From Chiloscyllium plagiosum (taxonomy: Eukaryota): a stretch of 36,310 bases of DNA. The translations under genes and the position numbers were made by a program. The stretch is from positions 1 through 36,310 of the forward strand of contig NW_025213831.1 in the NCBI RefSeq assembly GCF_004010195.1. The letters are read 5' to 3'. Below, in pieces: positions 1 to 15,896 of this stretch (positions within the stretch are counted from its first letter, which is position 1; every line of letters begins with the position of its first letter). The notes beneath the pieces are model-generated. The model had not been told where the DNA came from. It saw nothing but the letters and a program-made list of their open reading frames with translations, and made no database searches.

Positions 1-175
1 GAGGTCAGGCTCGAGGTGGTTTTCGATGGCGGTGGAGCTCAGGCTGTGGGCAGTGTGTAGTCGGCGGTGAGAGTCAGGCTGGGGGCAGTGTGTACATGGC
101 GGTGAGGGTTAGGCTGGGAGCGGTGTGTGGACGGCGGTGAGGGTCATTCTGGGGCCGGTGTGTGGACTGCGATGA
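1..175 (+). repeat. G-rich 35-bp minisatellite, truncated by the window start
   Basis: Units start at 28, 63, 98 and 133 (exact 35-bp spacing), approximate consensus GGCGGTGAGGGTCAGGCTGGGGGCRGTGTGTRGAC. There is a diverged partial unit at 1-27 and a degenerate unit start TGCGATGA at 168-175. Confidence 0.93.
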
Positions 176-3100
176 CACACTGTGACACTCTCTGACAGAC
201 TGTGAGATTTTCTGACGCTCTCTGACACTCTCTTAGACACACTGTGACACTCCCTGACAATCTCTGACACTCTGAGACACACTTTGACACTCTCTGACCC
301 TCGGCGACACTCTCTGAGACACACTCTGGCACTAACTGACTCTCTCTGACTCTATGAGACACACTCTTGCAATATCTGACAGACTGTGACACTCTCGGAC
401 AGACTGTGACACGCTCTGACACATGGTGACATTCTCTGAGATATTGTGACATTCTCTGAGACACACTATGACACTCTCTGAGCGTCTCTGACACTCTCTG
501 AGACACACTGTAACACTCTCTGACTCACTCTGACGCTCTCTTAGACACACTATGACGCTCTCTGACAGAATATGACACAATGTGACATTCTCTGACTTTT
601 TCTGACAGTCTCAGAGGCACACTGTGACTCTCGCTGTCAGACTGAGACACTCTCTGATTCTCTCTGACACTCTCTTAGACACACTGTGACACTCTCTGAC
701 TCTCTGAGACACACTGTAACTCACTCTGAAACTCTGAGACACACTGTAACACTCTCTGACTCTCTGAGACACACTGTAACTCACTCTGATACTCTGAGAC
801 ACACTGTGACACTCTCTGACCCACTCTGACACTTTCTGAGACACACTGTGACAATCTCTGACTCTCTGAAATACACTCTGACAGAATGCGACAGACTGTG
901 ACACTCTGTGAGATATTCTCTGACACATTGTGACACTCTCTGACCGACTGTGACAATCCCTGACACACGGTGACATTATCTGAGACACTGTGACAACCTC
1001 TGACACACACTGAGACTGACCGTGCCACTCTCTGACCCTCTCTGACACTCTCTGAGGCACACTGTGAAACTCTCTGACACTCTCTGAAACATATAGTGAC
1101 ATACTCTGACAGACTGGGACACTCTCTGACGCTCTTTGACATTCGCATACACACACTGTGACACTCTCTCACAGACTGTGACACACTGCGACACTCTCTG
1201 ACGCTATTTGACGATCTCTTAGTCACACTATGAAACTCTCTGACAGAGTATGACACACTGTGACATTCTCTGACTTCCTCTGACAGTCTAAGAAGCACAC
1301 TGTGACACTCGCTGACAGACTGAGAAGCACTGTGACACATTCTGACACTCTCTGAGACAGACTGTTACACTCTCTGACGCTCTCTGACACTCTCATACAC
1401 AAACTATGATACGCTGACTCTCTGAGACACACTGTAACTCACTCTGACACTCTGAGACACACTGTGACACTCTGTGCCTCTCCGTCACAATCTGAGACAC
1501 ACTGTGACGCATTCTGACACTCTGAGACTGACTGTGACACTCTTTGACGCTCTCAGACACTCTCTTAAACACACTGTGACACACTCTGACTCTCTGACAC
1601 ATCCGAAACACAGTGACACGCTCTGACACACGGTGACACTCTGACACACGGTGACGTTATCTGAGACACTGTGACTCTCTCTGACACTCTGCGACATACT
1701 GTGTCACTCTGTGGCTCTCCGTCACAATCTGAGACACACTGTGACACTGTCTGACACTCTGAGACACACTGTGACACTCTCTGAAACACAATGTGACACT
1801 CTCTGACACGCCGTGACACTCTCTAACTATCTGTGACACTCTCTGACACGCAGTAACGTTATCTGAGACACTGTGACTCTCTCTGACACTCTGAGACACA
1901 CTGTGACACACTGTGACTCTCTGTCACAATCTGAGACACACTGTGACACTCTCTGAAACACAATGTGACACTCTCTGACAGACCGTGACACTCTGTGACA
2001 CACTCTGTGGAACACTATGACACACTGTGACATTCTCTGACTCTCTCGGGCACGCTCTGAGACACACTGTGACGCTCTCTGAGACACACTGCGATTCTAT
2101 CTGACACTCTCTGAGACACAATATGACTCTATCTGACACTCTCTGACATTCCCTGAGACACCCTGTGACTCTCTCTGACAGATCGTGAAACACTGTGACT
2201 CTCTGACAATCTCTGAAACACAATATGACACTCTCTGACAGACTGTGACACACGTTGACCCTCTCAGAGACAAACCCTGAACCTCTCTGGCACTCTCTGA
2301 CACACACTATGACACTCTCTGACAGACTATGACACACTGAGACATTCTATGTCTCGCTATGACACGCTGTCTCAGACTGTGACACTGTGAGACACACTGT
2401 GACACTCTCTGATCCTCTCTGACACTCTCTAAGACACACTAACACTCTCTGACGCTCTCAGACACTCTCTGAGACACACTGTGACACTCTCTGACCCTCT
2501 CTGACACACTCTGAGACACACTGTGACACTCTCTGACCCTCTCTGACACACTCTGAAACACACAGTGACACTCTCTGACACACTATGACACTCCCTGACA
2601 GACTATAACACACTGAGACATTCTCTGATTTTCTCTGTAAGTTTCTGACGCTATGACACTCTCGCACAGACTGTGACATTCTCTGATCCTCTCTGACACT
2701 CCCTGAGACACATGGTAACACTCTCCGACCTGTCCGACACCCTCTTAGACACACTGTGAAACTCTGACTCTCTGAGACACAAAATAACTCACTCTGACAA
2801 TCTGAGACACACTGTAACACTCTCTGACACACTGTGACCCTTTCTGACTATCTGGGACACTCTATGACACACGGTGACATTATCTGAGACACGGTGACTC
2901 TCTTTGGCACTCTGAGACACACTGTGACATTCTGTGGCTCTCCGTCACAATCTGAGACACACTGTGACACTCTCTGACCCTCTCTGACACTCTGAGACAC
3001 ACTGTGACAATCTCTGACACTCTCTGAAACACACTGTGACACTCTCTGACAGACTGTGACACTCTGTCACACCCTCTGTGACACACTGCGACACTCTCTG

Positions 3101-6100
3101 ACTGTCTCGGACACACTCTGAGACACACTTGGACGCTCCCTGAGACATACTGTGACTCTATCTCACACTGTCTGATACTCTCTGAGACACAATATGACTC
3201 GATCTGTCACTCTCTGGCATTCTCTGAGACACCCTGTGACTCTCTCGGACACGCTCTGTGACACACTGTGACACTCTCTGACTCTCTCTGACAATCTCTG
3301 AAACACAATATGACACTCTCTGACAGACTGACACTCTGAGACATTCTATGACTTTCTCTGAAATTCTCTGAGGCTCCCTATGACACGCTCTCTCAGACTG
3401 TGACACTCTGAGACACACTGTGACACTCTCTGACCCTCTCTGAGACTCTCTGAGACACACTGTAACACTCTCTGATGCTCTTTAACAACACTATGACATT
3501 CTCTGACAGAGTATGACGCACTGTGACATTCTCTGACTTTCTCTGACATTCTCGGAGGCACACTGTGACGCTCGCTGACAGACTGAGACGCACTGTGACA
3601 CATTCTGACCCATTCTGAGATAGACTGTGACTCGCTCAGATGCTCTCTGACACTCTCTTGGACACACTCTTTGACTCTCTGCGACACGCTGTAACTCACG
3701 CTGACACTCTGAGATGCAGTGTAACACATTCTGACTCTCTGAGACACACTGTAACTCACTCTGACACTCTGAGAGACACTGTGTGACACATTCTGACTCT
3801 CTGACTCTCTCTGAGACACACTGTGACACTCTCTGACCTACTCTGACACTTTTTGAGACGCACTGTGACACTCTCTGACTCTCTCTGAAACACACGGAAA
3901 CACTCTCTGACAGAATGTGACAGACTGTGACACTCTCTGTGATACTCTCTGTCACATTGCGACACTCTCTGACCGACAGTGACATCCCTGACATCCGGTG
4001 ACATTATCTGGGACACTGTGACAACCTCTGACACACTCTGAGACTGACTGTTCCACTCTCTGACCCTCCCTGACACTCTCTGAGGCACACTGTGAAACTT
4101 TCTGACACTCTCAGAAACACATAGTGACATACTCTGACAGACTGTGACACTCTCTGACGCTCTTTGACATTCGCATACACACTGTGACACTCTCTCACAG
4201 ACTGTGACACACTGTGACACTCTCTGAGACAGACTGTGACACTCTCTGACTCTCTATAACTCATTGAGATACACTGTGGCTCTATCTGACACTCTCACAT
4301 TCCCTGAAACACCCTGTGACTCTCCCTGACAGACTGTGAAACACTGTGACTCTCTGACAATCTCTGAAACACAATATGACACTCTCTGACAGACTGTGAC
4401 ACACGTTGATACACTCTCACTAACTGTGACCCTCTCTGAGACAAACGCTGACCCTTTCTGACACTCTCTGAGACACACTATGACACTCACTGAACCTCCC
4501 TGACACTCTCTGAGACACACTATGGCACTCTCTGACAGACTATGACACACTGAGACATTGTATGACTTCCACTGAAATTCTCTGAGGCTCGCTATGACAC
4601 ACTCTCTCAGACTGTGACACTGGGAGACACACTGTGACGCTCTCTGATCCTCTCTGACAATCTCTGAGACACACTGTAACACTCTCTGACGCTCTCTGAC
4701 ACTCTCTGAGACACACTGTGACACTCTCTGACCCTCTCTGACACACTCTGAAACACACAGTGACACTCACTGACACACTGTGACACCCCCTGACAGACTA
4801 TAACACACTAAGACATTCTCTGATTTTCTCTGTAATTTTCTGAGGCTCGCTATGACACTCTTAACAGACTGTGACATTCTCTGATCCTCTCTGACACTCA
4901 CTGAGACACACTATAACACTCTCCGATCTGTCTGACACTCTCTTAGACACGCTGTGAAACTCTGACACTCTGAGACATACTGTAACTCACTCTGACAATC
5001 TGAGACACACTGTAACACTCTCTGTCACACTGTGACCCTTTCTGACTATCTGTGACACGGTCTGACACACGGTGACATTATCTGAGACACTGTGACTCTC
5101 TTTGGCACTCTGAGACACACTGTGACACTCTGTGCCTCTCCATCACAATCTGAGACACACTGTGACACTCTCTGATCCTCTCTGACACTCTGAGACACAC
5201 TGGGACACTCTCTGACACTGTCTGAAACACACTGTGACACTCTCTGACAGACTGTGACACTCTGTCACACCCTCTGTGACACCCTTTGACATTCCCTGAC
5301 ACACTGTGGCACTCTCTGACTGTCTCGGACACTCTCTGAGACACACTTGGACGCTTCCTGAGACATACTGTGACTCTATCTCACACTGTCTGACACTCTC
5401 TGAGACACACTATGACTCTATCTGACACTATCTGACATTCTCTGAGACACCCTGTGACTCTCTATGATACACTGTGACACACTGTGACACTCTCTGACTC
5501 TCTCTGACAATCTCTGAAACACAATATGACACTCTCTGACAGACTGTGACACACGTTGACGCACTCTCAATAACTGTTACCCTCTCTGAGACAAACGCTG
5601 ACACTCTCTGACACTCTCTGAGACACACTGTAACTTTCTCTGACCCTCTCTGACACTTTCTGAGTCACACGATGACACTCTCTGACAGACTATGACACAC
5701 TGAGACATTCTATGACTTTCTCTGAAATTCTCTGAGGCTCGCAATGACATGCTCTCTCAGACTGTGACACTCTGAGACACACTGTGACACTCTCTGACCC
5801 TCTCTGAGACTCTCTGAGACACACTGTAACACTCTCTGATGCTCTTTAACAACACTATGACACTCTCTGACAGAGTATGGCACATTGTGACATTCTCTGA
5901 CTTTCTCTGACAGTTTCGGAGGCACACTGTGACGCTCGCTGACAGACCGAGACGCACTGTGACACATTCTGACCCTCGCTGAGACAGACTGTGACTCTCT
6001 CTGATGCTCTCTGACACTATCTTAGACACACTGTGACACTCTCTGACTCTCCGAGGCACCCTGTAACTCACTCTAACATTCTGAGTCACACTGTGACACT

Positions 6101-9100
6101 CTCTGACACTCTCTGAGACACACTGTGATACTCTCTGACTCTTTCTGATACACTCTGAAATACAGTGTAACTTTCTTGGACAGACTGTGACACTCTCTGA
6201 GACCGACTGTGACGCTTTCTGACTCACTCTGACTCTCTGAGACACGCGGTGACACTCTCTGACCCTCTCTGACACTCTCTGAGACACACTGTAACACTCT
6301 CTGACTGTCTCTTACGCTCTCTGAGACATACTATGACACTCTCTGAAAGAGTATGACACACTGTAACATTATCTGACTTTCTCTGACAGTATCAGAGGCA
6401 CATTGTGACACTCGCTGACACACTCTGACACACTGTGACGCATTCTGACCCATTCTGAGACAGACTGTGACTATCTCAGATGCTCTCTGACACTCTCTTA
6501 GACACACTGTGACACTCTTTGACTCTCTACGACATACTCTAACACACTCTGACACTCTGAGACACAGTGTGACACATTCTGACTCTCTGAGACACACTGT
6601 AACTCACTCTGACACTCTGAGAGACACTGTGACACTCTCTGACACTCTCTGAGACACACTGTGACAATCTCTGACTCTCTCTAAAAACACGGTGACACTC
6701 TCTGACCGAATGTGACAGACTGTGACACACTGAGAGACACTGTGACACTCTCTGACACTCTCTGACTCTTTCTGAGACACACTGTGACAATCTCTGACTC
6801 TCTCTAAAAACACGGTGACACTCTCTGACAGTATGTGACAGACTGTGACACTCTCTGTGATACTCTCTGTCACATTGCGACACTCTCTGACCGACTGTGA
6901 CATTCCCTGACACCCGGTGACATTATCTGGGACACTGTGCCAACCTCTGACACACTCTGAGACTGTGAGACACACTGCGACACTCTCTGACCCTCTCTGA
7001 CACAGTGACACTCTATGACAGACTGTGACACTCTCTGACTATCTGTGACACTCTCTAACACACGGTGACGTTATCCTAGACACTGTGACACTCTCTGACA
7101 CACTCTGAAACACAATGTGACACTCTCTGACAGACTGTGACTCTCTCCGACACGCGGTGACGTTATCTGAGACACTGTGACTCTCTCTGACAGACTGTGA
7201 CACTCTCTGACTATGTGTGACACTCTCTGACACGCGGTGACGTTATCTGAGACTCTGTGACCCTCTCTGACACTCTGAGACACACTGTGACACACTGTGG
7301 CTCTCCGTCACAATCTGAGACACACTGTGGCACTCTCTGACACTCTCTCAAATACAATGCGACACTCTGACAGACCGTTACACTCTGTAACACCCTCTGT
7401 GGCACGCTATTACACACTGTGAACATCTCTGACTGTCTCGGACACGCTCTGACACACACTGTGACGCTCTCTGAGACACACTGTGACTCTATCCGACACT
7501 CTCTGACACTCTCTGAGACACAATATGACTCTATCTGACACTCTCTGACATTCTCTGTGACTCCCTCTGACAGACTGTGAAACACCGTGACTCTCTGTCA
7601 ATCTCTGAAACACTATATGACACTCTCTGACAGACTGTGACAAACGTTTACACAGTCTCACTAACTGTGACCCTCTCTGAGACAAACGCTGACCCTCTCT
7701 GACACTCTCTGAGACACACTGTGACATTCACTGAACCTCTCTGACACTCTCTGACACACACTATGACACTCTCTGACAGACTATGACACACTGAGACATA
7801 CACTGACTTTCTCTGAATTTCTCTGAGGCTCGCTATGACACGCTCTCTCAGACTGTGACACTGTGATACACACTGTGACACTCTCTGATCCTCTCTGACA
7901 TTCTCTGAGACACACTCTAACACTCTCTGCTCTCTGACACTCTCTGTGACACACTGTAACACTCTGTGAACCTCTCTGACACTCTCTGAGACACACTGTG
8001 ACACTCTCTGACCCTCTCTGACACACTCTGAAACACACAGTGATACTCTCTGACACACTATGACACTCCCTGACAGACTATAACACACTGTGACAATCTC
8101 TGACTGTCTCGGACACGCTCTGAGACACACTGTGACGCTCTCTGAGACACACTGTGACTCTATCTGACACTCTCTGACACTCTCTGAGACACAATATGTC
8201 TCTATCTTACACACTCTGGCATTCCCTGAGACACCCTGTGACTCTCTCTGACAGACTGTGAAACACTGTGACTCTCTGACAATCTCTGAAACACAATATG
8301 ACACTCCCTGACAGACTGTGACACACGTTGACACACTCTCACTAACTGTGACCCTCTCTGTGACAAACGCCAACCCTCTCTGACACTCTCCGAGACACAC
8401 TGTGACACTCTCCGAACCTTTCTGACACTCTCTGAGACACACTACGACACTCTCTGACAGACTATGACACACTGAGACATTCTCTGACTTTCTCGGAATT
8501 TCTCTGAGGCTCGCTATGACACGCTCTCTCAGACTGTGGCACTGTGAGACACACTGTGACACTCTCTGAGACACACTGTAACTCAATCTGACACTCTGAG
8601 ACACACTGTGACACTCTCTGACCCTCTCTGACACACTCCGAAACACAGTGACACTCTCTGACACACTGTGACACTCTCTGGCACACGGTGACGTCATCTG
8701 AGACACTGTGACTCTCTCAGTCACTCTGCGACACACTGTGACACTCTGTGGCTCTCCGTCACAATCAAAGTCACACTATGACACAGTCTGACATTCTGAG
8801 ACACACTGTACCACTCTCTGATACTCTGAAACACAATGTGACACTCTCTGACAGACTGTGACACTCTCTGAGTATCTGTGACACTCTCTGACACGCGGTG
8901 ACGTTATCTGAGACACTGTGACACTCTCTGACACTCTGAGACACACTGTGACACACTGTGGCCCTCCGTCACAATCTGAGACACACTGTGACACTCTCTG
9001 ACACCCCGAGACACACTGTGACACTCTCTGAAACACAATGTGACATTCTCTGACAGACTATGACACTCTGTGACATCCTCTGTGGCACACTATGACAGTA

Positions 9101-10198
9101 CCTGACGCACTGTGACACTGTCTGACTGTCTCGGACACTCTCTGTAAGAGTATGACACACTGTGACATTATCTGACTTTCTCTGACAGGATCGGAGGCAC
9201 ATTGTGACACTCGCTGACACACTGTGACGCCTTCGGACCCATTCTGAGGCAGACTCTGTCTGATGCTCTCTGACACTCTCTTAGACACACTGTGACACAT
9301 TCTGACTCTCTGCGACACACTGTAACTCACTCTGACACTCTGAGACAGAGTGTGACACATTCTGACTCTCTGAGACACACTGTAACTCACTCTGACACTC
9401 TGAGAGACGCTGTGACACTCTCTGACACTCTCTGACTCTCTCTGAGACACGCTGTGACAATCTCTGACTCTCTCTAAAAACACGGTGACACTCTCTGACA
9501 GAATGTGACAGACTGTGACACTCTCTGTGATACTCTCTGTCACATTGCGACACTCTCTGACCGACTGTGACACTCCCTGACACCCAGTGACATTATCTGG
9601 GACACTGTGATAACCTCTGACACACTCTGAGACTGACTGTGCCACTCTCTGACCCTCTCTGACACTCTCTGAGGCACACTGTGAAACTCTCTGACACTCT
9701 CTGAAACACACAGTGACATACTCTGACAGACTGTGGCACTCTTTGACACTCACTATGACACTTCCTGACACACTGTGAAACTCTCTGACTCTCTCGGACA
9801 CTCTTTGAGACACACTGTGACACTCTCTGACCCTCTCTGACACACTCTGAAACACACAGTGACACTCTCTGACACATTGTGACACTCTCTGACTATCTGT
9901 GACATTCTCTGACACACGTTGACGTTAATGGAGACACTGTGACTCTCTCTGACACTCTGGGACACACTGTGACACTCTGTGTCACTCCGTCACAATCGGA
10001 GACACACTGTGACGCATTCTGACACTCTGAGACAGACTGTGACACTCTTTGACGCGCTCAGACCCTCTCTTAGACACACTGTGAGACTCTGACTCTCTGA
10101 GACACACTGTAACCTACGCTGACACTCTGAGACACACTGCGACACTCTCTGACCCTCTCTGACACAGTGACACTCTATGACAGACTGTGACGCTCTCT

Positions 10199-10489
10199 GA
10201 CTATCTGTGACACTCTCTGACACACGGTGACGTTATCCTAGACACTGTGACACTCTCTGACACACTCTGAAACACAATGTGACACTCTCTGACAGACTGT
10301 GACTCTCTCCGACACGCGGTGACGTTATCTGAGACACTGTGACTCTCTCTGACAGACTGTGACACTCTCTGACTATCTGTGACACTCTCTGACACACGGT
10401 GACGTTATCCTAGACACTGTGACACTCTCTGACACACTCTGAAACACAATGTGACACTCTCTGACAGACTGTGACTCTCTCCGACACGC
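10199..10489 (+). repeat. 172-bp-period local tandem duplication (about 1.7 copies)
   Basis: GACTATCTGTGACACTCTCTGACACACGGTGACGTTATCCTAGAC starts at 10199 and again at 10371. The second copy appears identical up to 10489. Confidence 0.9.
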
Positions 10490-13400
10490 TGACAGAATGT
10501 GACAGACTGTGACACTCTCTGTGATACTCTCTGTCACATTGCGACACTCTCTGACCGACTGTGACACTCCCTGACACCCAGTGACATTATCTGGGACACT
10601 GTGATAACCTCTGACACACTCTGAGACTGACTGTGCCACTCTCTGACCCTCTCTGACACTCTCTGAGGCACACTGTGAAACTCTTTGACACTCTCTGAAA
10701 CACACAGTGACATACTCTGACAGACTGTGACACTCATTGACACTCACTATGACACTTCCTGACACACTGTGAAACTCTCTGACTCTCTCGGACACTCTCT
10801 GAGACACACTGTGACGGTCTCTGAGACACACTGTGACACTATCTGACTCTCTCTGACACTCTCTGAGACACAATATGACTATATCTGACACCCTCTGACA
10901 TACTCAGAGACACCCTGTGACTCTCTCTGATAGACTATGACACACTAAGACATTCTCTGACTTGCTCTGAAATTCTCTGAGGCTCGCTATGACACTATCT
11001 CACAGACGGTGACACTCTCTGATACTCTCTGACGACCGAGTAGGACACATTGTGACATGATCTGACTTTCTTTGACAGTCTCGGAGGCACACTGTGACAC
11101 TCGTGACAGACTGAGACAAACTGTGACACATTCTGACCCTCTCTGAGACAGACTGGGACACTCTCTGACGCTCTGTGACATTCGCATACACACACTGTGA
11201 CACTCTCTCACAGACTGTGACACTCTTTGAGACAGACTGTGACACATTCTGACTCTCTATGACTCATTGAGACACACTGCAGCACTAACTGAGACACACT
11301 GTGACACTCTCTGATCCTCTCTGACACTATCTGAGACACACTGCGACACTCTCTGACGCTGTTTGACGCACTCTTAGTCACACTATGAAACTCTCTGACA
11401 GAGTATGACACACTGTGACATTCTCTGACAGCCTAAGAAGCACACTGTGACATTCGCTGACAGACTGAGAAGCACTGTGACACATTCTGACACTCGCTGA
11501 GGCAGACTGTTACACTCTCTGACGCTCTCTGACACTCTCATACACACACTGTGACACTCTGACCCTCTGAGACACACTGTAACTCACTCTGACACTCTGA
11601 GACACACTGTGACACTCTCTGACCTTTTCTGACACACTCTGAAACACACAGTGACACTCTCTGACACACTGTGACACTCTGACTATCTGTGACACTCTCT
11701 GATACGCGGTGACGTTATCTGAGACACTGTGACTCTCTCTGACTTTCTGAGTCACAGTGTGACACTGTCTGACCCTCTCTGACACACTCCGAAACACAGT
11801 GACACTCTCTGATAGACTGTGACACTCTCTGACTATCTGTGACACTCTCTGACACACGGTGACGTTATCTGAGACACTGTGACTCACTACGGCACTCTGA
11901 GACAGTGTGACACATTTTGACTCTCTGAGACACACTGAAACTCACTCTGACACTCTGAGAGACACTGTTACACTCTCTGACTATCTGTGACACTCTCTGA
12001 TACGCGGTGACGTTATCTGAGACACTGTGACTCTCTCTGACACTCTGTGACACACTGTGACACTCTGTGGCTCTCCGTCACAATCGGAGACACACTGTGA
12101 CGCATTCTAACACTCTGAGACTGATTGTGACACTGTTTGATGCTCTTAGACAGTCTCTTAAACACACTGTGACAGTCTGACTCGCTGCGACACACTGTAA
12201 CTCACGCTGACACTCTGAGACACACTGTTACACTGTCTGACCCTCTCTGACACACTCCGAAACACAGTGACACTCACTGATAGACTGTGACACTCTCTGA
12301 CTATCTGTGACACTCTCTGACACACGGTGACGTTATCTGAGACGCTGTGACTCACTCCGGCACTCTGAGACACGGTGTGACACATTTTGACACTCTGTGA
12401 CACACTGAAACTCACTCTGACACTCTGAGAGACACTGTGACACTCTCTGACGCTCTCTGACTCTCTCTGAGACACATGTGACACTCTGTGGCTCTCCGTC
12501 ACAATCTGAGACACACTGTGACACTGTCTGAGACTCTGAGACACACTGTGACACATTCTGACTCTCTGAGACACACTGTAACACATTCCGACACTCTGAG
12601 AGACACTGTGACACTCTCTGACACTCTCTGACTCTCTCTGAGACACAGTGTGACACTCTCTGACTCTCTCTGAAACACACGGTGACACTCTCTGACAGAA
12701 TGTGACAGACTGTGACACTCTTTGTGATACTCTCTGTCACATTGCGACACTCTCTGACCGACTGCGACACTCCTTGACATCCGGTGACATTATCTGGGAC
12801 ACTGTGACAACCTCTGACACACTCAGAGACTGACTGTGCCACACTCTGACCCTCTCTGACCCTCTCTGAGACACACTGTGAAACTCTCTGACACTCTCTG
12901 AAACACACAGTGGCACACTCTGACAGACTGTGTCACTCTTTGACACTCACTATGACACATTATGACACATCCTGACACACTGTGAAACTCTCTGAGTCGC
13001 TCGGACACTCTCTGAGACACACTGTGACACTGTCTGACGGTCTGTGACACTCAGTGACACCATCGGTGACATATTATGACATTCCCTGACACATTGTGAC
13101 ACTCTCTAACTGTCTCGGACACTCTCTGAGACACACTGTGACGCTCTTCGAGACACACTGTGACTCTATCTGTCACTCTCTGACACTCTCTGAGACACAA
13201 TATGACTCTGTCTGACACGCTCTGACATTCTCTGAGACACCCTGTGACTCTCTCTGACAGACTGTGACACACTGTGACACTCTCTGACTCTCTCTGACAA
13301 TCTCTGAAACACAATATGACACTCTCTGACAGACTGTGACACATGTTGACACACTCTAATTAACTGTGACCCTCTCTGTGACAAACGCACACCCTCTCTG

Positions 13401-15896
13401 ACACTCTCTGAGACACACTGTGACACTCTCTGTACTTCTCTGACGCACTCTGAAACACAGTGACACTCTGACACACTGTGACACTCTCTGATGCTCTATG
13501 ACACTCTCTGAGACACACTGTGACACTTTCTGACCCTCTCTGACGCACTCTGAAACACAGTGACACGCTCTGACACACTGTGACACTCTCTGACACACGG
13601 TGACATTCTCTGAGACACTGTGACTCTCACTATAACACTGAGAAACACTGTGACACTCGCCGACACTCTCTAAAACACACTGTGACACTATCTGACAGAC
13701 CGTGACACTCTTTGACACCGTCTGTGACATACTCTGAAATTCCCTGACACACTGTGACACTCTGTGACTGTCTCGGACACTCTGAGCCACACTGTGACGC
13801 TCTCTGTGACACACTGTGACTCTATCTCACACTGTCTGACACTCTCTGATTCACAATATGACTCTATCTGGTACTCTCTGAAATTCTCTGAGACACCCTG
13901 TGACTCTCTCTGACAGACTGTGACACATTGTGACACTCTCTGTCTCTCTGACAATCTCGGGAACACAATATGGCACTCTCTGACAGACTGTGCCACACGT
14001 TCACACACTCTCACTAACTGTGACCCTCTCTGAGACAAACGCTGACACTCTCTGACACTCTCTGAGACACACTGTGACACTCTCTGACCCTCTCTGACAC
14101 TCTCTGAGACACACTATGACACTCTCTTACAGACTATGACACACTGAGACATTCTATGACTTTCTCTGAAATTCTCTGCGGCTCGCAATGACACGCTCTC
14201 TCAGACTGTGACACTGGGAGACACACTGTGACACTCTCTGATCCTCTCTGACACTCTCTGAGACACACTGTAACAATCTCTGACGCTCTTTTAGACACAC
14301 AGTGACACTCTCTGACAGAGTATGACACACTGTGACATTCTCTGACTTTCTCTGACAGTCTCGGAGGCACATTGTGCCGCTCGCTGACAGATTGAGACGC
14401 ACTGTGACACATTCTGACCCTGGCTGAGACAGACTGTGACTCTCTCACACTCTCTTAGACACGCTGTGACACTCTGACTCTCCAAGGCACCCTGTAACTC
14501 ACTATGACATTCTGAGACACACTGTGACAATCTCTGACACTCTCTGACACTCTCTGAGACACACTGTGATACTCTCTGACTCTTTCTGATACACTGTGAA
14601 ATACAGTGTAACCTGCTTGGGCAGACTGTGACGCACTGTGACACTCTCTGAGACCGACTGTGACACTTTCTGACTCACTCTGACTCTCTGAGACACACGG
14701 TAACACTCTCTGACCCCCTCTGACACTCTCTGAGACACACTGTAACACTCTCTGAAAGAGTATGACACACTGTGACATTATCTGACTTTCTCTGGCAGTA
14801 TCGGAGGCACATTGTGACCCTCGCTGACACACTGTGATGCATTCTGACCCATTCTGAGACAGACTCTCTCAGATCCCCTCTGACACTCTCTTAGACACAC
14901 TGTGACACTCTTTGACTCTCTGCGACACACTGTAACTCACTCTGACACTTTGAGACACAGTGTGACACATTGTGACTCTCTGAGACACACTGTAACTCAT
15001 TCTGACACTCTGAGAGACACTGTGACACTCTCTGACACTCTCTGACTCTCTCTGAGACACATTGTGACACTCTCTATGATACTCTCTGTCACATTGCGAC
15101 ACGCTCTGACCGACTGTGGCACTCCTTGACACCCAGTGACATTATCTGAGACACTGTGACAAATTCTGACACACTCTGAGACTGTCTGTGCCACTCTTTG
15201 ACCTTCTCTGACACTCTCTGAGGCACACTGTGAAACTCTCTGACACTCTCTGAAACACACAGTGACATACTCTGGCAGACCGTGACACTCTGTGACACCC
15301 TCTGTGACACATTATGACATTCCCTGACACACTGTGACACTCTCTGACTGTCTCGGACACTCTCTAAGACACACTGTGACGCTCTCTGAGAGACACTGTG
15401 ATTCTATCTGACACTCTCTGACACTCTCTGAGATACAATATGACTCTATCTGACACTCTCTGACTCTGAAACACACGGTGACACTCTCTGACAGTATGTG
15501 ACAGACTGTCACACTCTCTGTGATACTCTCTGTCACATTGCGACTCTCTCTGACCGACTGTGAGATTCCCTGACACCCGGTGACATTATCTGAGTCCCTG
15601 TGACAATCTCTGACACACTCTGAGACTGACTGTGTCACTCTCTGACCTTCTGACACTCTTTGAGTCACACTGTGAAACTCTCTGACATTCTCTGAAACAC
15701 ACAGTGACATACTCTGGCAGACTGTGACACTCTGACACTCACTATGACACACTATGACACTTCCTGACACACTGTGAAACTCTCTGACTCACACGGACAC
15801 TCTCTGAGACACACTGTGACTCTATCTGACACTCTCTGAGAAACAATATGACTCTATCTGACACTCTCTGACATACTCTGAGACACACTGTGACTC

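Noticed and set aside
103..113. Telomeric repeat tract
   Set aside because: It is a single GGGTTAGG within one minisatellite unit, not a (TTAGGG)n array.
595..6689. Complete 12/23 RSS (nonamer-like ACTTTTTCT at 595-603 and CTAAAAACA at 6681-6689)
   Set aside because: Each matches only 6 of 9 nonamer positions, and spacing to the nearest heptamer is 16 and 17 bp rather than 12 or 23. No V, D or J segments are visible.
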